Origin: Raillietiella orientalis
Taxonomy: Eukaryota
Length of the DNA: 64,000 nt
Assembly (NCBI GenBank): GCA_036172245.1
Contig: JAYWIR010000002.1
Location: 7,378,001 to 7,442,000 of the forward strand
Direction: 5' to 3'
Shown here: positions 12,901 to 24,575 of the stretch, one piece after another
Layout of the letters: each line of letters opens with the position of its first letter
How positions within the stretch are numbered: position 1 is the first letter of the stretch
Notes under the pieces: model-generated
The model's input: the letters and a program-made list of their open reading frames with translations, nothing else
Database searches by the model: none
What the model was told of the DNA's origin: nothing
Made by a program: the position numbers and the translations under genes

Positions 12901-15900
12901 AGCAGAACAAGAGAGAGCGAGAAATTGTGGATCGGCGGACAGCGACTCTCACATAACCCTTTCGGACAAGTGTGTCCAGTGTTCGTGATAGGCGTCGTTT
13001 AAGAGTGATCTCACAACACGAATGCCTACTGATTTAGGTATTTTGTAGTGTAGAATTTCGAGAAGATTCGGAGACTCTATCAACATCCCTGCTTGTAGCA
13101 ATGAGAACGGAAAACAACGAATGGACTCCTTGAACTCTATCGGGGTTTTGTTTTTTACGAGACGTTGTTGTGGCCAAATTATTTCCACTCCATTGGACTG
13201 AAACCACCGTCGATTTTTTTCTCCATCCATCAGAGCTCTCTCTTTCTGGTTTTCTGAGTCTAAAGTTGAAATGGCATTGTTTCTGTTCTTCTGTTCCGTC
13301 AGCAAATACACGTGTGCATTATGTGGTATTCCTTTTGATCTACTCATGTCCCTTCGGTACCGCAGCTGCGAGAAGGCGTTCAAAGTAACCGAAGTGCTAA
13401 CCTACTGGAGGAGATTAGAACATGAGTGTTCCAGAGGAAGGAACTAGGGTGTCCTCTGTGTGTGTGTGTCCATCTGTGTGTTTTCTTTGCGTTCACGCTA
13501 CCGCGAGCAACCAGAACATGATGTGGATAGTATGTGTATCTGGTGAGCACATAACCACTGCACACATGCAACGCTTTGTGTTTGGAGCTTCTTCTGAATG
13601 TGGTTCGGAAAGGATGATTTCAGAGTGCGGAAATCAAAGCACACTTAAAAGTGAGTGATGCGATTTGGGTTGGTCTCTCGAGTTCCCCTTAGCTTCTTGA
13701 AAAGCACTACAGTGGAGATGCGCGAAAAAGAGAAAAGGAGAATTCCCAGTGAGGCGAGATTCACGACCTGATTCGAATCCTGGTCGTTTCGGGACGCTCA
13801 ACTGTTGGTTGTCCTGGAGCGTGAACATTTCGTTACATTTAGAAATGCCAACTCCTATTTGTAGTTGCACCACCGATTGGGCGTGATGACCTACTCCATG
13901 TTGCTGATTGAGCAGCGTGAAGTGGATCATGTCTTACGATGAACATGGAGAACAAGACTCCATAATCCAACTGGAGAAGAGCAGTTGTTGAACCGCTGAA
14001 TCTGCAACTGGCAAACAGAAACAAGCAGACAGGAAAACAACTTGACAACGACGCAATTTTCTGGCCAATACAAAGATATTTTTCGATGTTTTTAAATAGG
14101 TACGGAATCATTTCAAATAACACGTTTACTCCTGAAGTCCCACTGGATCAATCCGAGAGTTTTTTCCCTATGCAACACACTCCTCTCTCCTTAGGAGCAA
14201 GCAAGTGCACGAGAGGGCTCCTTTATCAATTCTAGCTCATTAGCAAAGAGTCCGTACCGGACCCCAAATGCACCAATCCAGCAACCATCTACACAAAGTA
14301 TTTTCAACTCTGAAATAACGCCGTACTCTGTGTCTGCGAAGAACTTCAGAATCTGTAGTGTGAGATCCTATCTATTGGCACGAGCTTTTTTGTCTTTGTG
14401 CACCATCTCAACAAACGGGGGTGTCCACATTCTCTTCATCCGTTGAAACAACGCACACTGAGTGCGTATTCTTCATAGTAAACAACTCTGGCCACTTTGG
14501 CAAAGAAGCTGGTGCTCGGATTCATGTCTTGGAAATATCCCGCTTTCTAAAAGGGAAGTGTAACTCCATGCAGAGTGGAAGGAATCAGCAGATTTTTTCT
14601 TTTTTTCTTGCAGCCAAGTGCGGTTTCACACTCAGTTCCTTGCGCCCTATAGTGATGGGCTGTCATTTGTCATCGATGTTTCATCATTCGGAGGAACGGG
14701 AAGCTCTCTTCCAGTGCAATCCCGCCTTGTATTGAGAAGGAATCTCTCCGTAAATCATCCTTCTTGCTACTTTGCATCCAGTTTCCACCGTAAAGAGACT
14801 CCCCATGAATCGTGGTCAGTTCCGGCCACACGTTGGCCAGTTCTCTCATCCGAAAAGACTACCTTCGCTCGATCGCAACCTGATTGCCTTGGAGAGATGC
14901 ATGGAAGCTCTTTAAATTTCTTCAGGGGACTTTTACAACATCACGCGACTCTCTGGCACTCGATGGTCCTGGAAAAATGAAACTGGTGTGACCACCTCGA
15001 GATGCATGATGCACTCGGTCCCAGAATTAGACCATACAGAGACCGAAACCGCACGGTATCGATCCAGTTGCTCGAAAACCACGCTGTTTGAGGAAAAACT
15101 TTCTGCCTATGGTTCAGTTCTTTCGTTGCTGTGCAACAACACAGCGTGGTAAGCACCCTTTGGGATGTCTGCTCCCCACGTGCTATTTCCTGCTTCTGTG
15201 AGAGCATCCTCACGGAACTCAGCACTGATGCGCCTTGACGAGAAGCATCCAATGCAGCTACTGTTCGAGAAGAAAACATCAGCTCTTTCTCCAGTAGATG
15301 GCACTCCAAGCGCAGGGTTGTTATCAACAGCGAGCACACCAAACGATGAATTCTCTCCCCTAGCACCTTTCCTTCTAGGGAACTTTCTCCTCTAACTTCA
15401 CCCGCATTTTCAAATTGCCGGCGGTTTCCCCTTACAGAAAACGAGAATGTTCAACCTTCCCGTGTCAAAGTCTTCATACAATAGAAATTCGCGATGGCGT
15501 TCCTCATCGTCCAAAGCATCATAACAGTTTACACTGATGCAGCAACGGATTCAAATGAGTTCCTAACTCTTGTTTAGAATGGCTTCCAGCCACAGAACAA
15601 TATTTTCGCTCTCGAAGGAACGCTTCAAAGACCTGTAATGATGACGCTGTTTCTTCTGCAGTGCTTTAACACTAGAATTGTTAGCTTAGCATCTAGCTGC
15701 AACAACACGCCAGCAGCATCTGTGTTGGCTGAGGAAGGAACCAAAGGTTGTTTGCTAGCAGCTAAGAGTAGATCATAGAGATTAACAACTTGCAAGTGTT
15801 ACTTTCGACTGGCTACAGCCGCAAGAAGACTAGGATGTTTCCCTGAAGGGAAAACGCACACACATTCCGTTTCGTTTTCTCCGCCGAGTAGTAAACAGAC

Positions 15901-18900
15901 TCAATGAAAGCATTGGTTGAACAAACACATCTATAAACATAACGTATCTGTGCACACTTATGCGTGTTCCTGGATACTGAAGTAGCTCTTGTAGGAATGT
16001 TTCGTGTTTCGGCTCGGATTTACCATTTGGTGAATGCTCTGGAAGTTTCGGTTCTTGTTTCTGCTTCCCACCTGATGTCCCTCTCTTCATCTTTTCACTC
16101 TTAATTACAGTGAACACTGTAAGACCTGCATCGAAGGCTTCCATCTCATTACGAAGGGTGATTTCCCCAGTGGATTATTTTCATCCTCAATGGTTCTCAG
16201 AGTTTTTGGAATTTTTCGCTTTTGGAGTAGTAGGCGTTTTGAGGTGGCGAGCAGGAGTGGAAAGTATCCACATGTGAAAGTGGACGAGCAGGTTCCCCAA
16301 ATCCACCTGTTCAGCCTTTCCACTTAGAGTGGAATCTCCCAGTTCTTCTCGGTAGTTGATGACAAGTTGTTTTGACTTCTCCTGAAATTGAGACCTCATG
16401 TTCTTCTTCCATTAGGGAGGAACAACATGAGACCACGATTTCAGAATGAGGTGATCTTAAGCATTTGGATTCCTTTTAGATGTTTGAACCATGGATTCAG
16501 ACTGGCAGAAGAATCAGTTGCGTGGGAGTGTTCGTTACTGGCGGCGAGCGCTTGGCCAAGTTAAGCCCGGGTAGATGCCGTCTCTGCGCGCGGCACAACG
16601 CGTTGCGGGTTCGAATCTCTCCCGGGAGGAAGCATCGACGCTGAGGAAAGGGTACGTCGTGGGTTTCAAGTCCCCCTCCCCCCGCAGGATGACTCTGGTT
16701 GATCTGTAGGCTCTGGGAGCGGCACTGGTGGAAGGCGGAAACCCAGCTAACTAACCGGGATCGGAATCTGTTCCATTAATCACGGAGCACCAGTTTCCAC
16801 CGACGTTTCCTCTCTGGTTGTGCAAATTGGAAACGTTCCCCCCTCCTCGGGGAGGGGATACTCTCCATCTCGAATCGTGAAGCTGGTAGATTGCTACCTG
16901 TGCAGGGTGTGAAGCACCCTGGCGGCTGCATAATTCTGCATGTTCGAGCACAGTCATTCATCTTCTCAGTGCTTCTGTTGGCTCCTCTTTCACTCCCTGT
17001 TTCTCGGACTTTTGGAGATCCCATAGTGGACTCTTGCACGCGTTTCATAGGAGACTAGGTGGCATCATCTCCGTGCACTTGACTGAATGCGGGAAAAACA
17101 GGAGCGACTCGTTCCAATTCATCGGGATGCGGCACTGATGACGCTGGGAATACATAGGTGGAGTGCGCTGGAATTTTTTTTTCTTCTGTCAACGAGGATA
17201 ACACGAAAGACTGCATATCGGCGGATCCGAAGAAGAGCCTCCGCTTTAGTCTTCTTCGGATTCAAAGCCACGGAAGCTACCAGAGCGAAGGACGGAGCAC
17301 AAAGGGTATATCGTGCTCCGGCGTGGCCGCAGAGATCACGTGTAAAAAAAATGTCTTCGCGAAGAAATCGGGGCGGAAGACGCATCGAGTTCTCCCGAAG
17401 TGTCTCGAACAAAACTGTGGCGCGCGGAAACAGAACTCCCCTCCCTCCCAGGGAGTTCCAGTTACCCTCACACGCTGTCGCCGTTCTGCCTGCTGCTTCG
17501 GAGCCTGCCCCCCTTCCCATCTGGCCAGGAACACTCACGTCTCGGGGGAGTCCAAGATGCTCGTGGCGAGATCGTAGTAATTCGCCGTGAAGGGATACGC
17601 TCCCCACTGCAGCAGGTACCCGGTGTGGTTGCAGCGCTGGGAGCAGAAGTCTGAGGAGACCAAAGGATCGCAAAATGGCATCAGAAGAGGTCACCACGCG
17701 ACGGACTAACCGAAAAGGTTCCAGATGTTGGACAGCTGGGATCTCGACTTGACTATGGTCCCTGGATCGCAGCTTCTGGAGATGCCAAACACTGAAACAG
17801 GACATTTAAGAAACCTTGAAAAATCGCTATCGAGTCTTTTCGAGCCTTCCGCTCCATCCACGGCTCTTCTCTACTGATATGGAAGAACAAAGAATCGAAA
17901 CCTGAAGCGAAATTTCTTCCTCCCCAGTACAGTGGCACCTCAGTACTCGACGGTGTTGGAACTGGTCAAACTCAGTATTCGCCGCATTTTGACGAGAAAA
18001 CAACTTGTTTCGACACTCGGCTTGTGCTCGGAACTCGACACTCCACTCTTGAAGAAACGAGTGAACGCTTTCGCCTCATGGCAGCTCGCGAATAATGCCA
18101 CTGAACACTTTCGTAGAGTGCCTTCCTAATTATTCCCGTTTTTGAGCTCTCTGTGCATTTCTGTGCGTTGATCATGGGTCCTAAATTGGTTAAAAATGAT
18201 ACCACGAAGCCTAGAAAGGAATTCGTTTGGTACTCGTCGATCTCGGCACTCGTTACGAGTTCTGAAACCAATTACCGACGAGTACCGAGGTACCACTGCA
18301 CTTTGAGGTCAGCGCTTGCTGCTCTTCGAGCTTCCTGCTTCGTCTTTTAGGGCAAGAACTTACGTGGTGCAGGCAAAAACAAAGGGATGCAGTTCATTTC
18401 CTTCAGAACGCTGTACAGGTACAAGGCCTCGGGACAATTTGAGAAGAATTCCGGGTTCTCTTCGCCGTAAGTCACGAAGTTGGTATTATAGGACTGCACG
18501 CATTTGAAACCGCTGCTTATCAGCCAGTTGTTGTGGATGGGTCTGAGATCCTTCTGGAATAAATTAATGGACTTACCGACGGGCGTGCAGGGAGATCCAT
18601 TTCTTCCAGGACTGGAAGCCAACAGGGAAAAAAGCACGAGTGCTGCTCACTTCAAGAATGCTTCCTACAGATCCCTAATCCCCTCCCATCGAGAAATGGG
18701 AGCGGGAGGAGGATCCCGAGGAGAGCTTCGGGAGAAAATTCCGCAGAGGAAGATGAGGTCAGTTTCCATCTTGGGCGTCGAAAGAAACGAAACGCGCTCG
18801 CCGCGCCCCTTCTTCCGCGCGGGAATTCCACACGAGCGCGGACGCCAAACAAGAAGGCGCACGCGCAGAGCGGGACGACGGGCAGCCGCTCCGCCAGCTA

Positions 18901-21900
18901 CCCTTTCGGAAGGGTCGCTCGCGGCGCAACCGCGACACCTCCAAAAGTTCCCAGATCGTGTGCCACTGGTCGCGTTCCGACGAAACGTCGTGCCAGTCCC
19001 TACCGGATCCCTCTTCACCAGAAGAATCCCCTTCGGGAGCGAGAGTGAGCACTCGGGAAGCGAGAGGGCTTCTGTGCTCTTTCGCACAGATGGATGGCTA
19101 ACGGAGAGGAGAACTGGAGGGTCCCCGACGTGTCGTTTCGCGAAAGACATTCGCGGAGGTGACGTGGATTTTGGATCCAATCTTCGGAATCGTCCTTCGC
19201 GAAAGTTGGTGATGGCTGCTCACCGGTGTCGCAGGAGAGAATTACTCGAGATGAGTGTGGAAAAGACTCGGAAACGGCGGCCTCCAGTAGTGTATGGTCT
19301 CACGGCTTGGGAAGGAGGAGGAAGAACGGGTCTCCGTGGGTCGGAAGAAATCAGCAACGAGTTCCAGCGTTTTTCGAAGCGTTTTGCCCATGGAGACCCT
19401 GGATGGAAACAGCGAAGAGCGGGTGTAAAAGGTGAGGCAGGAGACCTGCGGAGCTCGGGGCAAGTCGGAGAAGCGGATATTTCCAGATGTCCAGCTCTCG
19501 CCGATGCAAAAAGGAGAGTGGAAGTGGTGGAACCAACGAATTAAAATTCGGAGCCTTCCCCCCTCTTGTATCCCATCGATAGCATTCGTGGAAGCCTATT
19601 CTGTCCTCCATGCAAAGTTGCGCACCTTCCAAACAAAGACGTACCTCAAGAGCCGTTCGCCTAGTGGCTCACGAAGCTCTTTCGCACTGCCCAGCCGACT
19701 TCGCGTGCAGGATCACTCTTCAAGTTAGAGACACCCAGGGAGACCACCCTATGGATCCAGGAAGTCTCCTGGATGAAAAAGACCGTCTCTCTTACTCTTT
19801 GAGAGGGTACCCCGAACGGGACCATCTCTTCATTCTCCCCGGAGGAATATTCCGGAAAATATCACTCCTAGAATTTCTTCTCCAGAGGGAACACGCAATG
19901 GAACCTCTCCTTGCTTCCTCCTCTGAAGAGAACTCTAAAGGGACGCTTCCAAATTTCCTAGAAGGGCGCTCTCCAAAGAGAGCAGCACACTTCTTGATAC
20001 TCTGGAGAGGTGTCAAACAACCAGCCCCTGGTACGAGATGGAAGTTTCCCTCTAGAGGGGGGAGGGGGGAAGGATCTATTTTCACAACCAGAGGAGACAA
20101 GCAGCACTGTGCTGTCCAGGAGGCGGCACCGTGGCTGCTTGGAGCAGCAACGCCAGAGGAGGCCAGAACGACAGGGATGCCATCTATTTTACTGTCCTCC
20201 TCATGAGGACCGCGTCAAGATGGCATCTAGGAGTCTTGAAACAGGAACTTGTCGTCATCCTTACAAGGAGGCAGAGGACGTCCTCCAGCACACAGTGATC
20301 CCTTCTTAAACCGCTCCCTTCATTTTTTTGACTGTATGTTTTTTGTTTTATGTTTTTTTTTTGTTGTCTTCCTTCCCCCTGTGCTGCCGAGGCAAACCCC
20401 GCTGACCTGCATGCCAGTTCTCGGCAGGTTCCTCCTCGTAGTTATAAGTAACGTGGCAGGATCAAACGTCCTGCCACAGAGGTGTTCGTTTATTTTTTTT
20501 AAAGACAAACGCTCCGGAATGACCAGGGGTCAGCCAGTACTAAACCCGAAGCCAACAGGTCAACCAATGTCATCCGGCAAAACCCACGACGCACCCATTT
20601 CTCGGCATCGACCCTTTCCTCCGGGCGGGATTCGAACACATAACGCTTGGTGCCAAGCTCGGAGAAACCTCAACCACGTGGCCACCAAGGCGAAAGCATG
20701 AGAAGTACTGTCGCGTAGAGTTTACGGAACGACTTCCAAGGAAACATCACGAGTTCTATTATCACTCCAAAACAGCGTGGGTGCATTGGGAAGATAAAAA
20801 TGGGGACTGGACTTCCATCCCTATCTCGAGAGGAAAAGCACCAAATTGATGCCTCAGAGAAAACCTCGGTCAGCAGAAGAGCATTCAATTTAGAGGGCAT
20901 CTCCAGAAATGGAAAAGCACAACTGGATTCTGCAGAAATCGTCCACGGACCCCATCCTTGTCTCTGCGGACAACCGAACGTCCCAACGTCCTGGAGCTTC
21001 CTCTTCGCCGGCAAACGCCCGAAGAAAACCGGACTCGTTCCGCATGACCAATTTCCCCAGAGTCTCCCTCCAGAAAAAAAAAAAAAACGGATTGTGGAAA
21101 CTGAAACGGTTTTCCTGGACCATCGCAGGGGCCCGATGCCTTCCACCTCTTCGTTTTCACCACCAGTGCGGTCACACCTATCTGCTCCATCCGCGGAGAC
21201 CCTGGCCACTCCATTGCAACAGCAGGATGTCCAGAAGCATGGCAGAAGGGACGCCACTCAACCGGCCATCCTGATGGTGCAACGGGGCATTCGGTGCCGG
21301 AGTGCATTCGACTGCTCCGAGGGAACGCGGGAACCATTGGAACCGCGCATCCGGGAAGTGAAGGCGCGCGAGCGGAAGCACGCCGAGGCAACAAGCACGT
21401 CCCAGTGCCGCGCCATTCCCTCGGAACGTCGACGGCCGTAGCCAGCGAGGATGCGAAATCGCCATCGACACAATCATTCCAGTGTCGTGAGTTGTGAGTG
21501 CACATCGCTCAGGACATGCCCGCGGGGAAGAACGCTCACCAGAGAGTAACGACAGGCCAGCTGCAAAGCATCAAGGAGGCAACGGAACTTATCTCCAGAG
21601 CAGAAAATTCGAGAAGGTTCCAAAGTCGATGGACGGCACATTGGCGACTGCAGCGCAAAACAGCTGATCTGAGCGAGCTCTCCTCTAGTTGCCAGGGACC
21701 AGCCGCCGCATTCCCTCTTCCGGAGAGACCTCGTCGATCTTCCTCCAGCATCACGATAGGCAGCGCCTCAGCAGCAAAATCCGAAGAAAAAACCGAAGCG
21801 GTCCCCTCGAAATCAGCCTCCCTTCGCGGGCAAGGCGCAGCTCCAGGCACGGAGAAAGCGCCGACTTCGACTCCGGAGGCACCAGAAACGAGGATTAGAG

Positions 21901-24575
21901 GACCGGAGAGAGGCCTAGTGTACGCTCGCGCGCTCGCGGCACCCTCCGCCGATCCTCCTCGCCAGATTCCGGGAGGTGGAACCGCGCGCTTCGAAACAGG
22001 CGCCCGTCGGAGGGCCAATCTCCAAGAGCGAAACCAAGGAGACGGAATGGAAACGGGGGGCATCCAGGAGCGGCACCTTCGAGAACATCTGCGCCTGCAT
22101 CTTCAAAGGGGAGGCGCAGTGATGTCAAAACCGCTTTCCTGGAGGAGCAGCTAAAGCTGGTGCAGATGCCAAGGATGAGGGGGAGGGAAACCTCTCCAGA
22201 CCGTTCAGCCCGGGAAGCAAGGAAGCTCTCGTGCCACCACGCCCGGCGATGGCACATGCAGTCCCTGAACATCTGCGCTTTACGGACAAAAGGACGCTAC
22301 CTCGACCTCGCTTCGATCACTTGTGCTCCTGAGCCACCAGCGGGCCGAGCTTGTCCGCTCCTCGAAGAAAAGGACGCGAAGCCAGGCCGGCGAAGAGTAG
22401 GAGCAGCCGCTCCTTTGCCAACTCTTCGCGCATTCTCCAGCAGCGAGGCTGCTGAGAGGTAGAGCACCCACGGGATCGCCAGAAGGTTTAGCAACGGACA
22501 AGAAGAAGAAAACGCCTTTTGCTGCGGCAGTAACCACCGCTCGAACGCGGCGAACGCACGGGAGAACCTGCCAACGCAGAGCTGGGGACCAGGTGCAAAC
22601 CGGCCGCTGCTGCCCTTCGCCAGCGAGGCCGGCCCCAACAGACTTCGGCGCTGCCCTCTTTCAAGAGAAAGGCTTTGCGCCGATCCGCGGGGGAGTGAAG
22701 AGAAGGGACCGCTCCCGCATCCCTCCGCACGCGGGACGCGCGTCAGTGGAGGACAAGGACATGTCGTCGAGCGCCTCCTTGCCGGAGCGCGCCAAAACAA
22801 AGCACGGTGACTGCATCGGAAACGGAAGGACGGAACGGGAAGACACGCTCCTTCCACCGGTTCGCCTTCTCTGAGCGCCGACCTGCAACCCGGAGGAACA
22901 GATGGGGCAGCCGTCACACGACGCAGGAGAGCACGCGATCGGAAGGCCCGCAGCAGTCGAGACGAGGCGAGGCGGCGCAGAGACGCAGCCGGTGTCAACG
23001 CGGAGCCACCAACGCCGCAGACTGCCGCCCGCCGGCTTGCCCAGCCTTTCCCGCGCTGCGCTGCGCATGCGCTACTCACCTGAAAGACGCTCACAGAAAT
23101 GCGCGTCAGGTAGCCCGGCTGGACGGTAACGTCACTGGTGGAGAGGTAGGGCAGGTCGTACACCGTCCGCAAATACAGCGGGAACTGCAGCAAGGAGTCG
23201 AAGAAGTCGAAGACGGAACCGTTGACGTCTGGCAGGTACCGGCAAAGTCACGCTTTGGAAGGGCTACTTCGCACTTGCCGGACTGTGTCTCCATCTTTAG
23301 CCTCAGCTTGATGAACGAGTTCTGCCCCGGGGTGTCGTGGGAGATGGAGTACCCCAAAGAAGTGAAGCACTTCCCAAAGCCGGTGATGATGCTTCTGTTG
23401 AAGAATTTCTCGCAGCAGATTGTGCCGCTGATCCTCGCTCCCTTGGGCATCACGCAGGACGCGATCATCTCAGGACACCTGGCGCGCGCAAACGGGACAA
23501 CGCGACACTCTCGCAACGCCAGTACGCTTGTCCTCCCAGCATTCACACACTCATCCGTCTCTCGGACCAGACATCCTCCCACTCATCGACCAGCTAGGGA
23601 TGTCGTTACGTGTTGCTGATCTCGTCGAACATGTCCTGTATGGTAGCGTTGCTGCTGCGGGTGTGGTTGGCGTACCAGGCATCCATCCTGGACAGCCACC
23701 CCTCGTCCAGAGCTTCCTTCAGCCACATGCCCAACCCTGCGATGGCGACGTAGTTCCTCTGCTCCTCAGTCCATCCATCGCGCTCTGAAAGAACATCATG
23801 GGCATTGCGCCGTCCCCGCTGCAGGGCGGGCGGATGAGCTCTCGCAGCTGTGTTGTTCAGGTTCGCCCAGCTCCTTCGTGTAGTCCGAGGATGGACAGAC
23901 CGAGCTTTGCAGCTCACGGTGAGCGGACCTCGGAATGCACGCGATACTTCCGAGTAGGAAGTCGGTCATTTCGGGAGCCCGTAAACACCATCGAAGTCCG
24001 ACTTTCGGTTCCAAGGAACGCTGGCGCGTTGGCTGCCTGCTCCTGATAGTAGACCCGGGATCGCGACCCTCGGCTTATCTTCTGCGCGCTTCGGCCGCGG
24101 AAGCAACGACCGCGACCGAGGTTCGAGTTCGGAATGGGGAAGGAAAGATTTTGCATCCTCGGCAAAGCAATTCCCCTTCTCCCTCCCTCTTACGCACACT
24201 GCCGCACCTACCGTGGCGTCGTTGCTGCTTCCTCAGTGGCGACGAAGTGCAAACGATTATAGTGGGAAACTCCATCGAAGACTCAAGCTCCTCCCACTGC
24301 CGAATGCTGACGGTCCTCTGAGTGAGCTGCTGGACGATGAGAAAGATGGTGCTGTAGACGCTCAGCATCGACAAGACGATGACCAGCGTGCTCCAGAACA
24401 GCTTGGCCGCCACGCCCTTGGACCGCCTCAGGTGAGCGAAGCCATGCAGGCTGGTCTGCCGGCAGAACCGCCAGCAAAGCAGCTCGGCGCTCTCCAGCGA
24501 TGGTGCACCGCGCCTCTTCGCCGGGAGCGAGCCTCCGGGCACACCCGTTCGCCGGTACTTCTCGCGGAACATCAT
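9786..24575 (-). CDS. DEG/ENaC (amiloride-sensitive sodium channel, pickpocket/ASIC-like) gene, 9 exons, 1488 nt CDS, 495 aa
   Basis: Exons 24575-24212, 23784-23610, 23478-23279, 23228-23080, 18553-18364, 17791-17711, 17650-17539, 12034-11946, 9913-9786 join in phase with GT-AG introns (one GC-AG). The protein has the TSLHG pre-TM1 motif, TM1 (LFWSTLVIVLSMLSVY), FPTIIVC, GFGKCF, VQPG, CSQRC and TM2 GNLGGIISLAMGGSLISLLE with the G-x-S filter. Confidence 0.9.
11946..12034 (-). CDS. DEG/ENaC exon 8
   Basis: QVIADVHIDFSNHIITHNLYHGVDLLNFI; ctctttcag acceptor and gtatgt donor; phase 2 to 1 fits. Confidence 0.75.
12420..12720 (+). mobile_element. Mariner transposase N-terminal remnant, with a 34-bp tandem duplication (12430-12497)
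   Basis: KLAKSA...LFRRHARFRDGRRSVEDDGRSGRP resembles the mariner HTH and ED..RSGRP linker. Confidence 0.8.
16545..16720 (+). mobile_element. tRNA-derived SINE
   Basis: A-box-like tggccaagttaag and B-box ggttcgaatc; body gtcgtgggttt...ggatgac..tggttga shared with 20545-20695. Confidence 0.6.
17539..17650 (-). CDS. DEG/ENaC exon 7
   Basis: FCSQRCNHTGYLLQWGAYPF...; ctcctcag acceptor and gtgagt donor. Confidence 0.8.
17711..17791 (-). CDS. DEG/ENaC exon 6
   Basis: FGISRSCDPGTIVKSRSQLSNIWNLF; tttcag acceptor and gttagt donor. Confidence 0.75.
18364..18553 (-). CDS. DEG/ENaC exon 5
   Basis: ttccag acceptor, KDLRPIHNNW...FKCVQSY...NCPEALY...MNCIPLFLPAP, gtaagt donor; phase 0 to 1. Confidence 0.8.
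19790..20060 (-). repeat. Second copy of the dispersed repeat at the window start
   Basis: Nucleotide similarity to 75-220 on the opposite strand. Confidence 0.6.
20100..20535 (+). mobile_element. 3' fragment of the L1/Tx1-like LINE family (intronic)
   Basis: gcagcactgtgctg (AALCC) C-terminus, T-rich 3' UTR, ctgccgag...ctcggcag stem and terminal aaacgctccgg motif, as in the cluster copies. Confidence 0.7.
20545..20695 (-). mobile_element. tRNA-derived SINE (same family)
   Basis: On the minus strand: A box tggccacgtgg, B box gttcgaatcc, same body motifs. Confidence 0.6.
21200..22330 (+). mobile_element. Degenerate LINE ORF1 (gag-like zinc knuckle) and possible endonuclease start, different family
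   Basis: QSFQCREL*VHIAQD resembles a CCHC knuckle, followed by an S/A/P-rich tail and QSLNICALR resembling an APE N-terminus. Confidence 0.35.
23080..23228 (-). CDS. DEG/ENaC exon 4
   Basis: VNGSVFDFFDSLLQFPLYLRTVYDLPYLSTSDVTVQPGYLTRISVSVFQ; donor CAG|gtgagt. Confidence 0.85.
23279..23478 (-). CDS. DEG/ENaC exon 3
   Basis: CPEMIASCVMPKG...CCEKFFNRSIITGFGKCFT...LRLKMETQS; GC donor CCG|gcaagt. Confidence 0.85.
23610..23784 (-). CDS. DEG/ENaC exon 2
   Basis: ctttcag acceptor, RDGWTEEQRNY...DMFDEISN, gtaac donor; phases match both neighbouring exons. Confidence 0.8.
24212..24575 (-). CDS. DEG/ENaC exon 1 (HG motif, TM1, FPxIxVC)
   Basis: MMFREK...RFCRQTSLHGFAHL...MEFPTIIVCTSSPLRK; donor G|gtaggt. 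The start ATG is inferred. Confidence 0.9.

Noticed and set aside
14400..15510. MULE or BEL/Pao remnant (EFLLYEDF on -, LAPFLLG on +)
   Set aside because: Short, conflicting resemblances on opposite strands; not supportable without a search.
18504..19544. 346-aa + ORF
   Set aside because: Lies antisense within the channel gene, overlaps exon 5 and has no recognisable domain.
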